DNA from: the human T2T-CHM13v2.0 reference genome, Homo sapiens
NCBI RefSeq assembly: GCF_009914755.1
Contig: NC_060940.1
Strand: one strand, 5' to 3'
Length of the DNA: 64,000 nt
Every line of letters starts with the position of its first letter. Position 1 is the first letter of the stretch. Shown here piece by piece: positions 17,991 to 38,812 of the stretch. The position numbers were made by a program, and so were the translations under genes. The notes beneath the pieces were generated by a model that saw nothing but the letters and a program-made list of their open reading frames with translations, was not told the origin of the DNA and made no database searches.

Positions 17991-20900
17991 TTTGTTATTG
18001 TCGTTAATTCAATTTTTTAAAAAATTGAGGCGGGGGCTAGAAGCGGTGGCTTATGCCTGTAATCCCAGCACTTCGGGAGGCCAAGGTGGGCATATCACTT
18101 GAGGTCAGGAGTTCAAGACCAGCCTGGCCAACATGGCAAAACCCCATCTCTACTAAAAAATACAAAAATTAGCTGGGTGCGGTGGTGGGTGCCTGTAATC
18201 CCAGCTACTCAGGAGGCTGAGGCAGGAGAATCGCTTGAACTGGGAGATGGAGGTTGCAGTGAGCTGAGATAGCGCCACTGCACTCCAGCCTGGGCGAAAG
18301 AACGACACTCTCCCTTAAAAAAAAAAAAAATGAGATGGGGTCTTGCTACATTGCCTAGGCTGGTCTCAACTCCTGGGCTCAAGAAATCCTCCCACTTCTA
18401 CCTTCCAAAGTGCTGGGATTACAGGTGTGAACCACCATGCCTGGCCCTGTGTGTGTGTGTGAGACAGGGTCTCACTGTCGCCCAGGCTGGAGTACAGTGG
18501 TGCAATCTCGGCTCACTGAAACCTCTCCCTCCTGGGTTCAAGTAATTCTTGTGCCTCAGCCTCCCGAGTAGCTGGGATTACAGGTTCCTGCCACCACGCC
18601 CAGCTGATTTTTGTATTTTTAGTACAGACGGGGTTTCACCTTGTTGGCCAGGCTGGTCTTGAACTCCTGACCTCAGATGATCCGCAAGCCTTGGCCTCCC
18701 AAAGTGCTGGGATTATAGGTGTGAGTCACTGTGCCCTGCCCTTTTTTTTTTTTTTTTCAAATTGAGGCTGCTGCCTTTCAGAGGGGGTGCCATCTGAGCT
18801 ATGCTGAGCTATCCCTTGTCACATCCCCCCTCCCTTCCTCTTCATTCAAGGAATTCTGATGAGGCTGCCATCTTCATTGGTAACCAGCAGTGGAGACTTT
18901 GACTAGGTATGAGCCAGTCGGACATCAGCCTTGCCCTGACCTCAGTGATGTGGGCGGGACCCAGGCTGGGGCTGTGATGCAGTGAGAACCAGTGAGTCAC
19001 GATGAGACTTTTCCTGAGGCCTCTGAAGTTCTCTGTTCTCTGCTGATTTTGGATGGCAGGGAGTTCAGCAAGGATCTACTGGAGCCCTTTCACTACATGA
19101 GGGGAAGCTGCCTGAGGGGAAGTCGACAAAAACAGAGAAAATAGCAAAAAGGGGACCTGGGCTGCAGACCAGGACCCACAGCAGTGACTGGGGCATCACC
19201 AAGAGCACATAGTGTTGGACTCATGTCACATAATATAAATGGGCCCTGAGACTGGGAAGGGCAATATTGCCATCACCTCATTTGAATCCTGAATCCAGCC
19301 ACTCCTGAAGTGTCAAATACCTCCACACTCCATGAGCCAATGTATATGTTTTTAAAAGGCAATATGAGTGGGGTTTTCTGCCACTTGAATAATAATGCAT
19401 CCTAATCAAAACAATCTCAATGAGCCTAGCAAAAACCGAGCCAGAAAGCCCATTAGTTACCAATGCTGGGATGGAACAGTAAGTCTGTCAGTCAAAAATG
19501 AAACTGTGAATCAAGGTCCTCACCATGCTAAACAACAGAGAAAGAGCCAGGAACATGTTTCTAAAATCCTCAACCATTCTCAAGCTTTACATTTTTGTAC
19601 AAATGGAGAATGGCAACAGCACAGATAATCCCTCACAACTGCATTAAAGGATTCACTTTCATGATTGCATTTCACTCTGGTTAATGTTAAAATGACTATG
19701 TCCCATCCTCAGCAGACTCCGGTGCATGGTCCTCAGCCCTGCTGAGATGGCATTTAAGTCAGCCAGGCATCCAAAGGGAACCCAGAGACAAGGGGACTTT
19801 AGCCTCATCTATGTGTTCATCTCTTATGAAGGAAGGTCATATAATTGAAAGTTATCTTTAAAAAGTTGAAGTCAGGGGCTGGGCATGGTGGCTCACGCTT
19901 GTAAATCCCAGCACTTTTGGGAGACCGAGATGGGAAGATCACTTGAGCTCCGGAGTTCAAGACCAGAGGCTTGGCAAAATAATGAGACCCCATCTCTACA
20001 AACATGAAAAATAAAAAAATTATCCAGGTGTGGTGGCGTGTGCCTGTAATCCCAGCTACTCAGGAGGCTGAGGCAGGAGGATCACTTGAACCCAGAGGTC
20101 AAGGCTGCAGTGAGTTGTGATCACACCACTGCACTCTAGCCTGGACAACACAATGAGACCCTGTCTCAAAATTAAAAATAAAAATAGGCCAAGCATGCTG
20201 GCTCACACCTGTAATCCCAGCACTTTGGGAGGCCGAGACAGGCGGATCATCCGAGGTCAGCAGTTCAAGACCAGCCTGACCAACACAGAGAAACCCCGTC
20301 TCTACTAAAAACAAAAAAAATTAGCCAGGCATGATGACATATGCCTATAATCCCAGCTACTCAAGAGGCTGAGGTAGGGGAATCACTTGAACCCAGGAGG
20401 CAGAGGTTGCGGTGAGCCAAGATCACACCATTGCGCTCCAGCCTGGGCAACAAGAGCTAAACTCCATCTCAAAAATAAATAAATAAATAAATAATAAAAA
20501 TAAAAATAAAAAGTTTGAGTTAAAGAACAAGTCATATAATTACACTATCTTAGATGAATGTTTTTATACTTTTTTTTAAAGTAGTGGAACCCTCAAATAA
20601 AACCTGATATGAAACACTGTAATAAACATGTGTTATGTTTTGCCTTCTTTGGGTGTAGAATCTAATATAAGGTAGCTTGCTTCCTGGGAACCACATCCTA
20701 TTCACATCTGAGTGTGGTTCCAGCACATGGTCCTGGCCTGGCCATGGGGGCAAATATAATAATTTGCTTCCTGAGCTCTCATGGTTCTTTTTCCCTTCAT
20801 AATTCTGGAAAGACACAGCAGTGGTATAGTTTTTTGATCTCCTAGAATCCACCTTGCAGGAAAAAAAAAAAAAAAAAAAAAGGCAGAGCAACTAGATGGT

Positions 20901-21549
20901 AAAACCAAAAACCTATGAAGAGCATTTTCAACAAAGCCAGATTATAAGGTATCCCCATGAACTGTAAAAGGTAAGAGCATGACGACAACAATTCCCACCA
21001 CTATAAGATCTATATGATATTCGCATTTATATAGAATAATGCAGAGGGAAGAGATAGGGCACCTCAGGGGCCAGCAAACAGGTCTTCGCAGGAGGGCAGA
21101 GTGAGCCAAACTGAGAAAAGCAGCTAAAGTGGGAGGTGTTCTGCATGCTTCAATATGGGTGAGTACAAGGAGTCTCTGATAAGACTGGAGGGGTTGGAGC
21201 AATTGAGGCAACATCAACTTTTTTTTTTTTTTTTTTTTGAGACGGAGTATTACTCTGTCACCCAGGCTGGAGTGCAGTGGCGCAGTCTCGGCTCACTGCA
21301 AGCTCCGCCTCCCTGGTTCACCATTCTCCTGCCTCAGCCTCCCGAGTAGCTGGGACTACAGGTGCCCGCCAACATGCCCGGCTAATTTTTTTAATTATTA
21401 TTATTTTTAGTAGAGATGGGGTTTCACCGTGTTAGCCAGGATGGTCTCAATCTCCTGACCTTGTGATCCACCCGCCTCAGCCTCCCAAAGTACTGGGATT
21501 ACAGGCATGAGCCACCGCGCCCGGCCGCAACATCAACTTTTAAAGCAAT

Positions 21550-22242
21550 TGTCTTAGTCCTTTTGTGTTGCTATGAAGAAAGACCTGAGGCTGAGTAATT
21601 TATTAAGAAAAGAGGTTTATTTGGCTCACAGCTCTGCAGACTGTATAAGAAGCATGACGCCAGCATCTGCTTCTGGTGAGGCCTTAGGAAGCTTCCACTC
21701 ATGGCTGAAGGGGAAGGGCAGCCAGCATGGGCAGAGATCACATGATGAGAGAGAGCAGCAAGAAGAGAGAGGAGGAGGCACCAGGCTCTTTATAACAACC
21801 TACTTTCTTGGGAACTAGTAGAGTAAGAACTTACTCATTACCACAAAGAGGTCACCAAGACATTCATGAGGGATCCACCCCCATAACCCAAACACCTCCT
21901 GTTAGGCCTTGCTGCCAACGCTGGGGATCAGATATCTTTTTTTTTTTTTGAGACGGAGTCTCGCTCTTTTGCCCAGGCAGGAGTACACGGCACAATCTCG
22001 GCTCAAGTGATTCTCCTCCCTCGGCTTACTGAGTAGGTGGGATTACAAGTGTGAGCCACCACGCCCAGCTAACTTTTGTATTTTTAGTAGAGACAGGGTT
22101 TCACCATGTTGGCCAGGCTGGTCTCAAACTCCTGGCCTCAAGTGGCCTCCTAAAGTGTTAAGATTACAGGCGTGAGCCACTGCCCGGCTGGGGATCAAAT
22201 TTCAACATGAAGTTTGGAGGTTTAAATATTCAAGCTACAGCA
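21550..22242 (-). mobile_element. MST (MaLR) solo LTR with Alu insertion (~21936-22189)
   Basis: tgtcttagtcc...gagtaatttattaagaaaagaggtttatttggctcacag MST signature; ggggatca duplicated around the Alu. Confidence 0.8.
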
Positions 22243-22876
22243 CTAATCAACCAAGCTCCCTTCCACAAAACAGATAAACAGTATAAACTAGTATTTTGAA
22301 ACTAGCTAAAAGACATTTTGAAAGATACAAAGAACAACATACATACGTAAATCAGAACTAGAAAAATATAGCAATTAGGTGATAAAACTCAAGGAAAAAA
22401 TAGTAATAAATAAAAAATTTATTTCAGAAATGAAACTAAACCAGAAGGAAAACAAAAGTAAATAAATAAGCTGGGCACAGTGGCTCACACCTGTAATCCC
22501 AGCACTTTGGGAGGCTGAGGCAGGAAGATTGCTTGAGCTCAGGAGTTTGAGCAACATAGTGAAACCCCATCTCTACCAAACATTAAAAAAAATTAGCCCG
22601 GCATGATGGTGTGTGCCAATAATCCCAGCTATTCCGGTGGCTTAGGTGGGAGGATCACTTAAGCACAGACTTCAGTGAGCTGTGATTGTGCCACTGTACT
22701 ACAGACATAGTGAGGCCCTGTCTCAACAACAACAACAAAAAAGTAGATAAATGCTACAAGTATTGCCTGATAAGAAATAGAAGGTGAAAAAAATTAAAAT
22801 TGAAAATAAGGAAAAAAGAAAACAAAAAGTATGTGCAAAAAAGTGACAAATATTGAAGCCATGCAAATAAGATCTC

Positions 22877-24069
<1,193 letters not shown>

Positions 24070-24118
24070 GTTCCAACATATTATAAATAGAAGTAACTGC
24101 AAAAGAAAACCAGATTAA

Positions 24119-24391
<273 letters not shown>

Positions 24392-24488
24392 TAAGTGATG
24401 CCCCAGCCTCAGCCTCCCAAAGTGCCAAGATTACAGGCATGAGCCACCATACCCAGCTCAAAACCTATAATTCAAGACAACTTTCTTA

Positions 24489-24674
<186 letters not shown>

Positions 24675-25932
24675 TCAGGAGGCTGAGGCAGGAGGATTGC
24701 TTGATCCTGGGAGGTTGAGGCTGCAGTGAGCTTATTGCACCATTCCCTCCAGCCTAGGTGACAGAGTAAGACCCTGTCTCCAAAGAAAGGAAAGTGTGAG
24801 CCAAGATTTTGTATCTGAGTATAAGGGACACAAACACTAACAACCTCTCAACGTGCAAAAACTCAGGCATCTTGCTTATAATCATGGTCACTTTGAGGGA
24901 GGGATGGTTATGATTGGGATGTGGTATGTGGATAGTTTCAGAGGTAGCTGGAAGTTCTATCTCTAGTCCTGAGTTGTAGCTGTAAGGGTGTTCATTTTTA
25001 ATAATTTACCATATGTATGTTTGGTGTTTTTTAAATATCTGTGTTATGTTATATAATAAAAAGTTTAAAAAATAATGATGAAATAAAATATATAATAATT
25101 ACATTAGGGAAACTTGAATATGGACTGGGGTAGTATTATGAAACTATTGTTAAATGTGTACATATAATATAATGGTATTGTAGTTATGGAGTAGAATGTT
25201 CTTATTTTTGGAGATACATATTGAAGAATTTACTATAATTTATTTTAAAGGCTGGGCATGGTGACACATGCCTATAATCCCAACTACTCAGGATGCTGAG
25301 GCTAGAGGATGGCTGGAGCTCAGAAGGTTGAGGCTGCAGTGACCCCTGATTGCATCACTGCACTCCAGTCTGGGCAACAGAGCGAGACTCTGCCTCAAAC
25401 AAACAAACAAAGAAACAAGCTTGGAGTGTCACCAGCAAGATGGTGGACTAGAAAGCTTCAGGTCCTTGTTTCCACTATGGAAACATTAAATGAACAACTA
25501 GAAACTGGCTAAAATAACTTAATAGGGACTGTGGAAATCAATAAAAAGACCAGCAACTGAGTGAATGCACATCTAAGAAAAAGCCACATTAAAAATGGAA
25601 GGAGCCTGGCATGATGGCTCAGGTCTGTAATCCCAGCACTTTGGGAAGCCGAGGTGGGCGGCTGACTTGAGCCTATGAGTTTGAGACCAGCCTGGCCAAT
25701 ATAGTGAAACTCCATCTCTACTAAAAATACAAAAACTAGCCAGGCATGGTGGCACATGCCTGTAGTCCCAGTTACTCAGGAGGCTGAGGCAGGAGAATGC
25801 TCAAGCCTGGGAGGTAAGAGGTTGCAGTGAGCTGAGATCACACCACTGTGCTCCAGCCTGGGCAACACAGCTAGACTCTGTCTCAAAAAAAAAAAAAAAA
25901 AAAAAAGGAAGTAAGTTTCATGTTTTGTTTAC

Positions 25933-29246
<3,314 letters not shown>

Positions 29247-29742
29247 CTTGCCCTACCTGTGTTTATGCCACCGAACTCCAGCTTGGGTGACAGAGTGAGA
29301 CCCTGTCTCAAAAAAAAAAAAAAAAAAAAACCAAGAGCAACAACAACAAACCCTCAAACAATGGAATTGGCTGGAGCATTTCTTCATCTCTGAGAGGCTC
29401 TGACCATAATAGGGTTCTGGATACTCTAGACTAGTACAAGATTGTCAGGTCTTTGTAAAATTTGTATTTTTCTCATATTTTTTGGTATACTCTGTTTCCC
29501 CAAACTGTTCAAAAGCTGAGATCCTCTGCTCTCTGTGTCCCGAGGCAACAAGAAAGGAGAGCTCTGCATTGGTGGCCAAACTGTCTAACCAAGTATCTAA
29601 TCCAGCAAGCTGAGTACCTGAGTCTAAGGCAAAAAAGAAAAGCTAAGGCTGGGTGTGGTGGCTCACACCTGTAATCCCAACACTTTGGGAGGGTGAGGCA
29701 GACAGATCACGTGAGGTCAGGAGTTTGCAACCAGCCTAGTCA

Positions 29743-30052
<310 letters not shown>

Positions 30053-30391
30053 CTAGATGAACACATCCAGCTCATCCCCAGCTTATGAGCTGGCACTTTT
30101 CTTTGCACTTGTAGGGAAGGAGCCTGTGGCCAGCAGCCCCTGGCCTCATCTGTCTGGGGCTTGCTTGCATCACTGCCGTATCATCTATCACAAACAGTCC
30201 TCAAAAGCCTATCCTTGGCTGGGTGTGGTGGCTCATGCCTGTAACCCCAGCACTTTGGGAGGGTGAGGCAGGCCAATTACCTAAGGTCGGGAGATCAAGA
30301 CCAGTCTGACCAACATGGAGAAACCCCGTCTCTACTAAAAATACAAAATTAGCCAGGTGTGGTGGCTCATGCCTGTAATCCCGGTTACTCA

Positions 30392-30496
<105 letters not shown>

Positions 30497-30539
30497 TCAA
30501 AAAAAAAAAAGCCTATCCTCCTCTCCTGTCCTGGAATCT

Positions 30540-31347
30540 GGCTCTATGTTGGCCCCTTTCAGCCACGCTGGGACGCAGGGCACCAAGTCCCTAGTCTGCA
30601 CACAGCACGGGGACCCTGGGCCTGGCCCACCAAACCATTTTCTCCTAGCCCTCCGGGCCTGTGATGGGAGGGGCTTCCATGAAGGCCTCTGACATGCCCT
30701 GGAGACATGTTCCGCATTGTCTTGGGGGTTAACGTTTGGCTCCTACTTACTTATGCAAATTTCTGCAGCCGGCTTGAATTTCTCCTTGGAAAATGGGTTT
30801 TTCTTTTCTATTACATGGTCACTGCAAATTTTCCAAACTTGAATGCTCTGCTTCCACTATAAAACTGAATGCCTTTAACAGAACCCATCTCACTTCTTGA
30901 ATGCTTTGCTGCTTAGAAAATTCTTCTGCCAGATACCCTAAATCATCTCTCTTTGGAGTTCAAAGTTCCACAAATCTCTAGGGCAGGGGCAAAATGCCGC
31001 CAGTCTCTTTGCTAAAACATAACGAGAGTCACCTTTGCTCCAGTTCCCAACAAGTTTCTCATCTCCATCTGAGACCACCTCAGCCTGGACCTTATTGTCC
31101 ATATTGCTATCAGGCTTTTGGTCAAAGCCATTCAACAAGTTTCTAGGAAGCTCCAAACTTTCCCACATTTTCCTTTCTTCTTCTGAGCCCTCCAAACTGT
31201 TCCAACCTCTGCCTGTTACCCAGTTCCGAAGTTGCTTTCACATTTTCGGGTATCTTTTCAGCAACGCCCCACTCTACTGGTACCAATTTACTGTATTAGT
31301 CCATTTTCATGCTGCTGATAAAGACATACCTGAGACTGGGAAGAAAA
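30540..31347 (-). mobile_element. Second, truncated THE1 internal fragment plus partial LTR (from 31292)
   Basis: Similar to 27470-28270; ggtaccaatttac|tgtattagtcc junction; LTR cut after ~55 nt. Confidence 0.85.
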
Positions 31348-31399
31348 GTAAGTTGTTTTTTTTTTTTGAGACGGAGTGTTTCTCTTTTGCAAAGTAAAA

Positions 31400-31478
31400 A
31401 TATGGTATTATAATCTTATGAGATCACCATTGTATACATGCTCTGTCATTGAAACGTTGTTATATGGCACACAATTGT
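31400..31478. mobile_element. Tigger3-like terminal fragment
   Basis: ggtattataatcttatgagatcaccattgtatac...aaacgttgttatatggcacaca resembles a Tigger3 terminal inverted repeat end. Confidence 0.6.
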
Positions 31479-31479
31479 A

Positions 31480-32215
<736 letters not shown>

Positions 32216-32217
32216 AG

Positions 32218-32541
32218 GGGATGCTGAACACATCAATGTAGTGGGAGGGTGGCATGCTCAAGAGAGGGCATGGAAGCTCTGTGCCCCTCCCAGCCTCCCA
32301 CGCCTTGTTCTTTGGCTGTTCTTGTTTTATTCTTTAAAACAAAACTGTAATAATGATTATAGCACTTTCCTGAGTTGTGTGAGTAATTCTAGTGAATTAT
32401 TGAATACAGGGGGTAAGTCATGGGAACTCCCGAATTTTTAACCAGCTGGGCAGAAGTGTGGGTGCCCTGGGGACCCCACTTGTGGCTGGTGTCTGAAGTG
32501 GGGGCAGTCTTGTGAGACTGAGCACTGAACCCATGGAGTCC
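32218..32541. mobile_element. MER21-like LTR fragment
   Basis: gagagggcatggaagctctgtg and tctgaagtgggggcagtcttgtgagactgagc signatures. Confidence 0.65.
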
Positions 32542-33021
32542 TAAGTTCAAGTCTTAGCTTTGCCACCCTAGCTATGTGATTTTTTTTTTTTTTTTTTTTT
32601 TTTTGCTCTGTTGCCCAGGCTGAAGTACAGTGGCATGATCACAGCTCACTGCAGCTTCGGCCTCCCAGGCTCAAGGGTATCCTCCCACCTCAGGCCCCTA
32701 AGAAGCTGGGACCACAAGTGTATGCCATCATGTCGGCTAATTTTTTTATGTTTTGGTAGAGATGAGGTCTTGCTATGTTGCCCATGCTGGTCTCGAACTC
32801 CTGGGCTCAAGCCTCCCAAAGTGCTGGGATTACAGACATGAGCCACTGTGCCCAGTCTAGCTATGTAATCTTGATAAGTAGCCCAACCTCTCTGAACATC
32901 AGTTTTCCTATCTGTATAATGGCGATAACGGTGGTATGTCATAGGGTTCTTCTAAGGCATCTATGAGATGATGCATTAAAGCACTTGGGGCAGTATCCAG
33001 CACATTAAAAATATCCAATAA

Positions 33022-33640
33022 GGCTGGGTGTGGTGGCTCAATGCCTGTATATAATCCCAGCACTTTGGGAGGCCGAGGAGGGTGGACCACTTGAGGTCAG
33101 GAGTTTGAGACCAGCCTGGCCAACATGGCGAGACTCCATCTCTGCTAAAAATACCAAAATTAGCCAGGCATGGTGTCAGGGCACCTGTAATCCCAGCTAC
33201 TTGGGAGGCTGAGACACAAGAATCGCTTCAGGCCGGGCGCGGTGGCTCACGCCTGTAATCCCAGCACTTTGGGAGGCCGAGACGGGCGGATCACGAGGTC
33301 AGGAGATGGAGACCATCCTGGCAAACAAGGTGAAACCCCATCTCTACTAAAAATACAAAAAAATTAGCCAGGCGTCGTGGCAGGCGCCTGTAGTCCTAGC
33401 TACTCGGGAGGCTGAGGCAGGAGAATGGCGTGAACCCGGGAGGCGGAGCCTTCAGTGAGCCCAGATTGCGTCACTGCACTCCATCCTGGGCGACAGAGCC
33501 AGACTCCATCTCAAACACAAACAAACAAACAAAAGAATCGCTTCAACTGGGGAGGTGGAGGCTGCAGTGAACCAAGATCATGCCATTGCACTCCAGCCTG
33601 GGCAACAGAGCACGACTGTCTCAAAAAAAAAAAAAAAAAA
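33022..33640 (+). mobile_element. Alu containing a nested AluY (33231-33532)
   Basis: 13-bp TSD AAGAATCGCTTCA at 33218-30 and 33533-45. Confidence 0.9.
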
Positions 33641-33845
33641 GTCCAAAAGTCCAGGTGCAGTGGCTCAATGCCTGTATGTAATCCCAGCACTTTGGGAGGC
33701 CAAGGCAGGAGGATGGCTTAAAGCTCAGGAGTTTGAGACCAGCCTGGGCAACATGGCAAAACCCCATTTCTATTAAGAAAATATATTTTAAAAGTCTAAT
33801 AAATATTACCTATAAATGTTATATAATATTATTATTAATAAAGCT

Positions 33846-34030
33846 GGGGGTGGGATGGAAAGAGAGCATAAGGAGGAATAGCTAATGGATGCTGGGCTTA
33901 ACACCTAGGTGATGGGTTGATCTGTGCAGCAAACAACCATGGCACATGTTTACCTATATAACAAACCTGCACGTCCTGCACATGTACCCCAGAACTTAAA
34001 ATAAAAGTTGAAGGAAAAAAAAAAAAAAGA
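33846..34030 (+). mobile_element. L1PA (older primate) 3' end with poly(A)
   Basis: taggtgatgggttgatctgtgcagcaaacaaccatggcacatgtttacc...cccagaacttaaaataaaa plus A-tail. Confidence 0.85.
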
Positions 34031-34750
34031 AAGCTTTGTGCCAGGCCTACCTGGTGCTAAACCCAAATCATAGATAATACTCTAGGTAAATAGTTCTGCC
34101 CGTTTCTTCTGAAGAATGAATAAGAACTAGAATTCACACTTTAGGAGACTGAGGCGGGAGTATCACTTGAGCCTAGGAGTTTGAAACCAACCTGGGCAAC
34201 ATGGCAAGACCCTGTCTCTAAAAATTAAACATAAAAAATCAGCCAGGTATGGTGGCAAACTCCTATAGTGCCAGCTACTCAGGAGGCTGAGATAGGAGAA
34301 TTGCTTGGGCCCAGGAGTTCGAGGCTGCAGGGAGCCAGGATCATGTCACTGCTCCAGCCTGGGCAACAGAGCAAGACCCTACCTCTAAAAAAAAACAAAA
34401 AATAGAGGCCGGGTGCAGTGGTTCACGCCTGTAATCCCAGCACTTCGGGCAGCCGAGGCGGGTGGATCACGAGGTCAGGAATTCAAGACCAGCCTGGCCA
34501 ACATGGTGAAACCCTGTCTCTACTAAAAATACAAAAATTAGCTGGATGTGGTGGTGCGTGCCTATAATCCCAGCTACTCAAGAGGCTGAGGCAGGAGAAT
34601 TGCTTGACCCGGGAGGCGGAGGTTGCAGTGAGCCGAGATCATGCCACTGCACTCCAGCCTAGGCAACAGAGCAAGACTCCATCTAAAACAAAAAGAAAAA
34701 GAAAAAAAGAAAGCAAAGAAAAGAAAAGATACCAAAAAAACTAGAATTCA

Positions 34751-34963
<213 letters not shown>

Positions 34964-35892
34964 TCACCTGACTCCAGGAGGCAGAGGTTGCAATGAGCCG
35001 AGATCGCACCATCGCATTCCAACCTGAGCGACACAGTGAGACTGTGTCTCAAAAATAACAAAAACAAAAAGAATAAATGAGAACTACAAAGCATAGGGCT
35101 TATGGTATTGTATGATTATTTTTTTCTCCTGTTTCTAGGTCCCAAAACTATTTTGTGAGCTTCTCTAGTTGAAAAATTCTGTGGCTTTATGAAAATATCT
35201 AGGAAAACTAGATAAGTAAACCTTTTGGAAATACTGATTTGAGCCATTGCTTAATATTTTGTCTGTGTTTTAGCACATTCAACAGCTGAAATCACTTGAG
35301 TTTGCAGATAAGGATTCTATTAGTCCCTTGGGGTGTTTCTGAAATTGTTTCCATATGTCTTCCATGGCGCAAATAAGAGTCCTCAGATCCCTAAAGATCA
35401 GGAAGCAAGAAATCAAGGAATATGGAACAACAAACACCCTCTGAATGAAAGGTTTTATTTGCTCATGAAGCTTATACAATTGTTCATTCGCTGCAGCTCT
35501 TCCAGCCTCTCCTCATTCTCCGAAACCACCTGGATTTGGTTGAGTGCACTGCCAAGACCGAAACGTGCCTGCCAGTGCTTTGAAATGTTATCAATGCAGT
35601 ACTGAATTGTAAACACCACTTTTGTAAAATGTCTTTACTCAGTTTTAACCTCTGTAAGTTACATAAGAATGTGTCCCTTGTTTGTGTATAGCTTAGCTTA
35701 GTATCATAAGTTTATCTTTAATCCACTTTGAACGTCATGGTGAGAGCATTGGGATACATGTGTCCCGGCTATTAGCTCACCTAAACTAATATTTGCTTGT
35801 TAGAGGCAATGATTTGCTTCAAGGAGACTCAGAGCAAGTAGGATCTCAACGAAATTTCCCTGACCATCCCCTAAAAACTTGAGCCTGACTTA

Positions 35893-36066
<174 letters not shown>

Positions 36067-36222
36067 TCATTTAGAAAGAAAAACATGGGCCAGGCGTGGT
36101 GGCTCATGCCTGTCATCCCAGCACTTTGGGAGGCTGAGGCGGGCAGATCATGAGGTCAGGAGATCAAGACCATCCTGGCTAACACGATGAAACCCCATCT
36201 CTACTAAAAATACAAAAAATTA

Positions 36223-36396
<174 letters not shown>

Positions 36397-36579
36397 TTAA
36401 AGCTAACTAAAATGTAGGAGTTGGAGGGAGATTCCAAGCAAATACCCAAATACCTTCTAACACCCCCAGAAACTGCTCAGTCGCCATCTCTGAAAAAGGC
36501 CACAAACACTCTAAGATTTACACTCTTTCTCTTTTTAAATTATCTTCCATCACACAGGAAATCCTTATTCATATTATAA

Positions 36580-37990
<1,411 letters not shown>

Positions 37991-38644
37991 TAAACAAAAA
38001 GAAAAATTAGTTACCAATAATCCCACCACTCAAAGATAACCACCATTAACAACAGTCAGGCATGGTGTCATGCAGCTGTAGACCCAGCTACTTGGGAGGC
38101 TGAGGAGGGTTAATGGCTTGAGTCCAGGAGTTTGAGGATCTAGTAAGATGATCATGCCACTGCACTTTAGCCTGGATGATAGAGGGAGACCCCATCTCAA
38201 AACACACACACAAACACACACACACAACAATAGAGTGTTGATGCTTTCAGACTTCCTAATCTACCCAAACATCCATAAGAAAAATAAAAAGTTAAAATAT
38301 CATCTCTAATTTTCTCAGCAACACTTTGAGGCAGGTACTGTGGTCACTCTCACTGGCAGGTGAGGAAACAGAGGCTCAATGAATACAGGCAGGGGCTGTG
38401 ACTCGAGGAGTCAGTTGAGTTGGAAGGGGAGGCTGTAACATCTTCAAGCTTCCTCAGAAGAGCAAGTGACTAGAAGTCGGGCAGAAGTGTAGGCAGTGCT
38501 GCAGAAGAAGCAAAGGCTACAAGGTGAGGATAGAACTGGCTCCAGGTCATACCGGAGATTATTAACAAATTTGGAATCAGAATTCAGACCTCCCTGATCT
38601 GGATTTTTCCCAAAGAAACACACCCTGCACCTGGTCCTGCACCT

Positions 38645-38812
38645 GGATTTCTCAAACTTTAGTGCATATCAGAATCCTAATTACAGGAAAATTCCTGGGC
38701 CAACCCACCCCTGGAATTTCAGAATCAGCAAGTCTGGGGCAAGACTCTGGAATCCACATTTTAAGCAAATACTCAGGTGATCCTTGGACACTTTAGAATC
38801 ACTACCCTGGAC
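38645..38812. mobile_element. MER5-like hAT MITE
   Basis: ttctcaaacttt...catatcagaatc...ggtgat...cactttagaatcact. Confidence 0.55.

Noticed and set aside
35270-35650. Unique island among Alus with 66-aa and 90-aa ORFs
   Set aside because: No recognisable homology or splice context; cannot be supported without conservation data.
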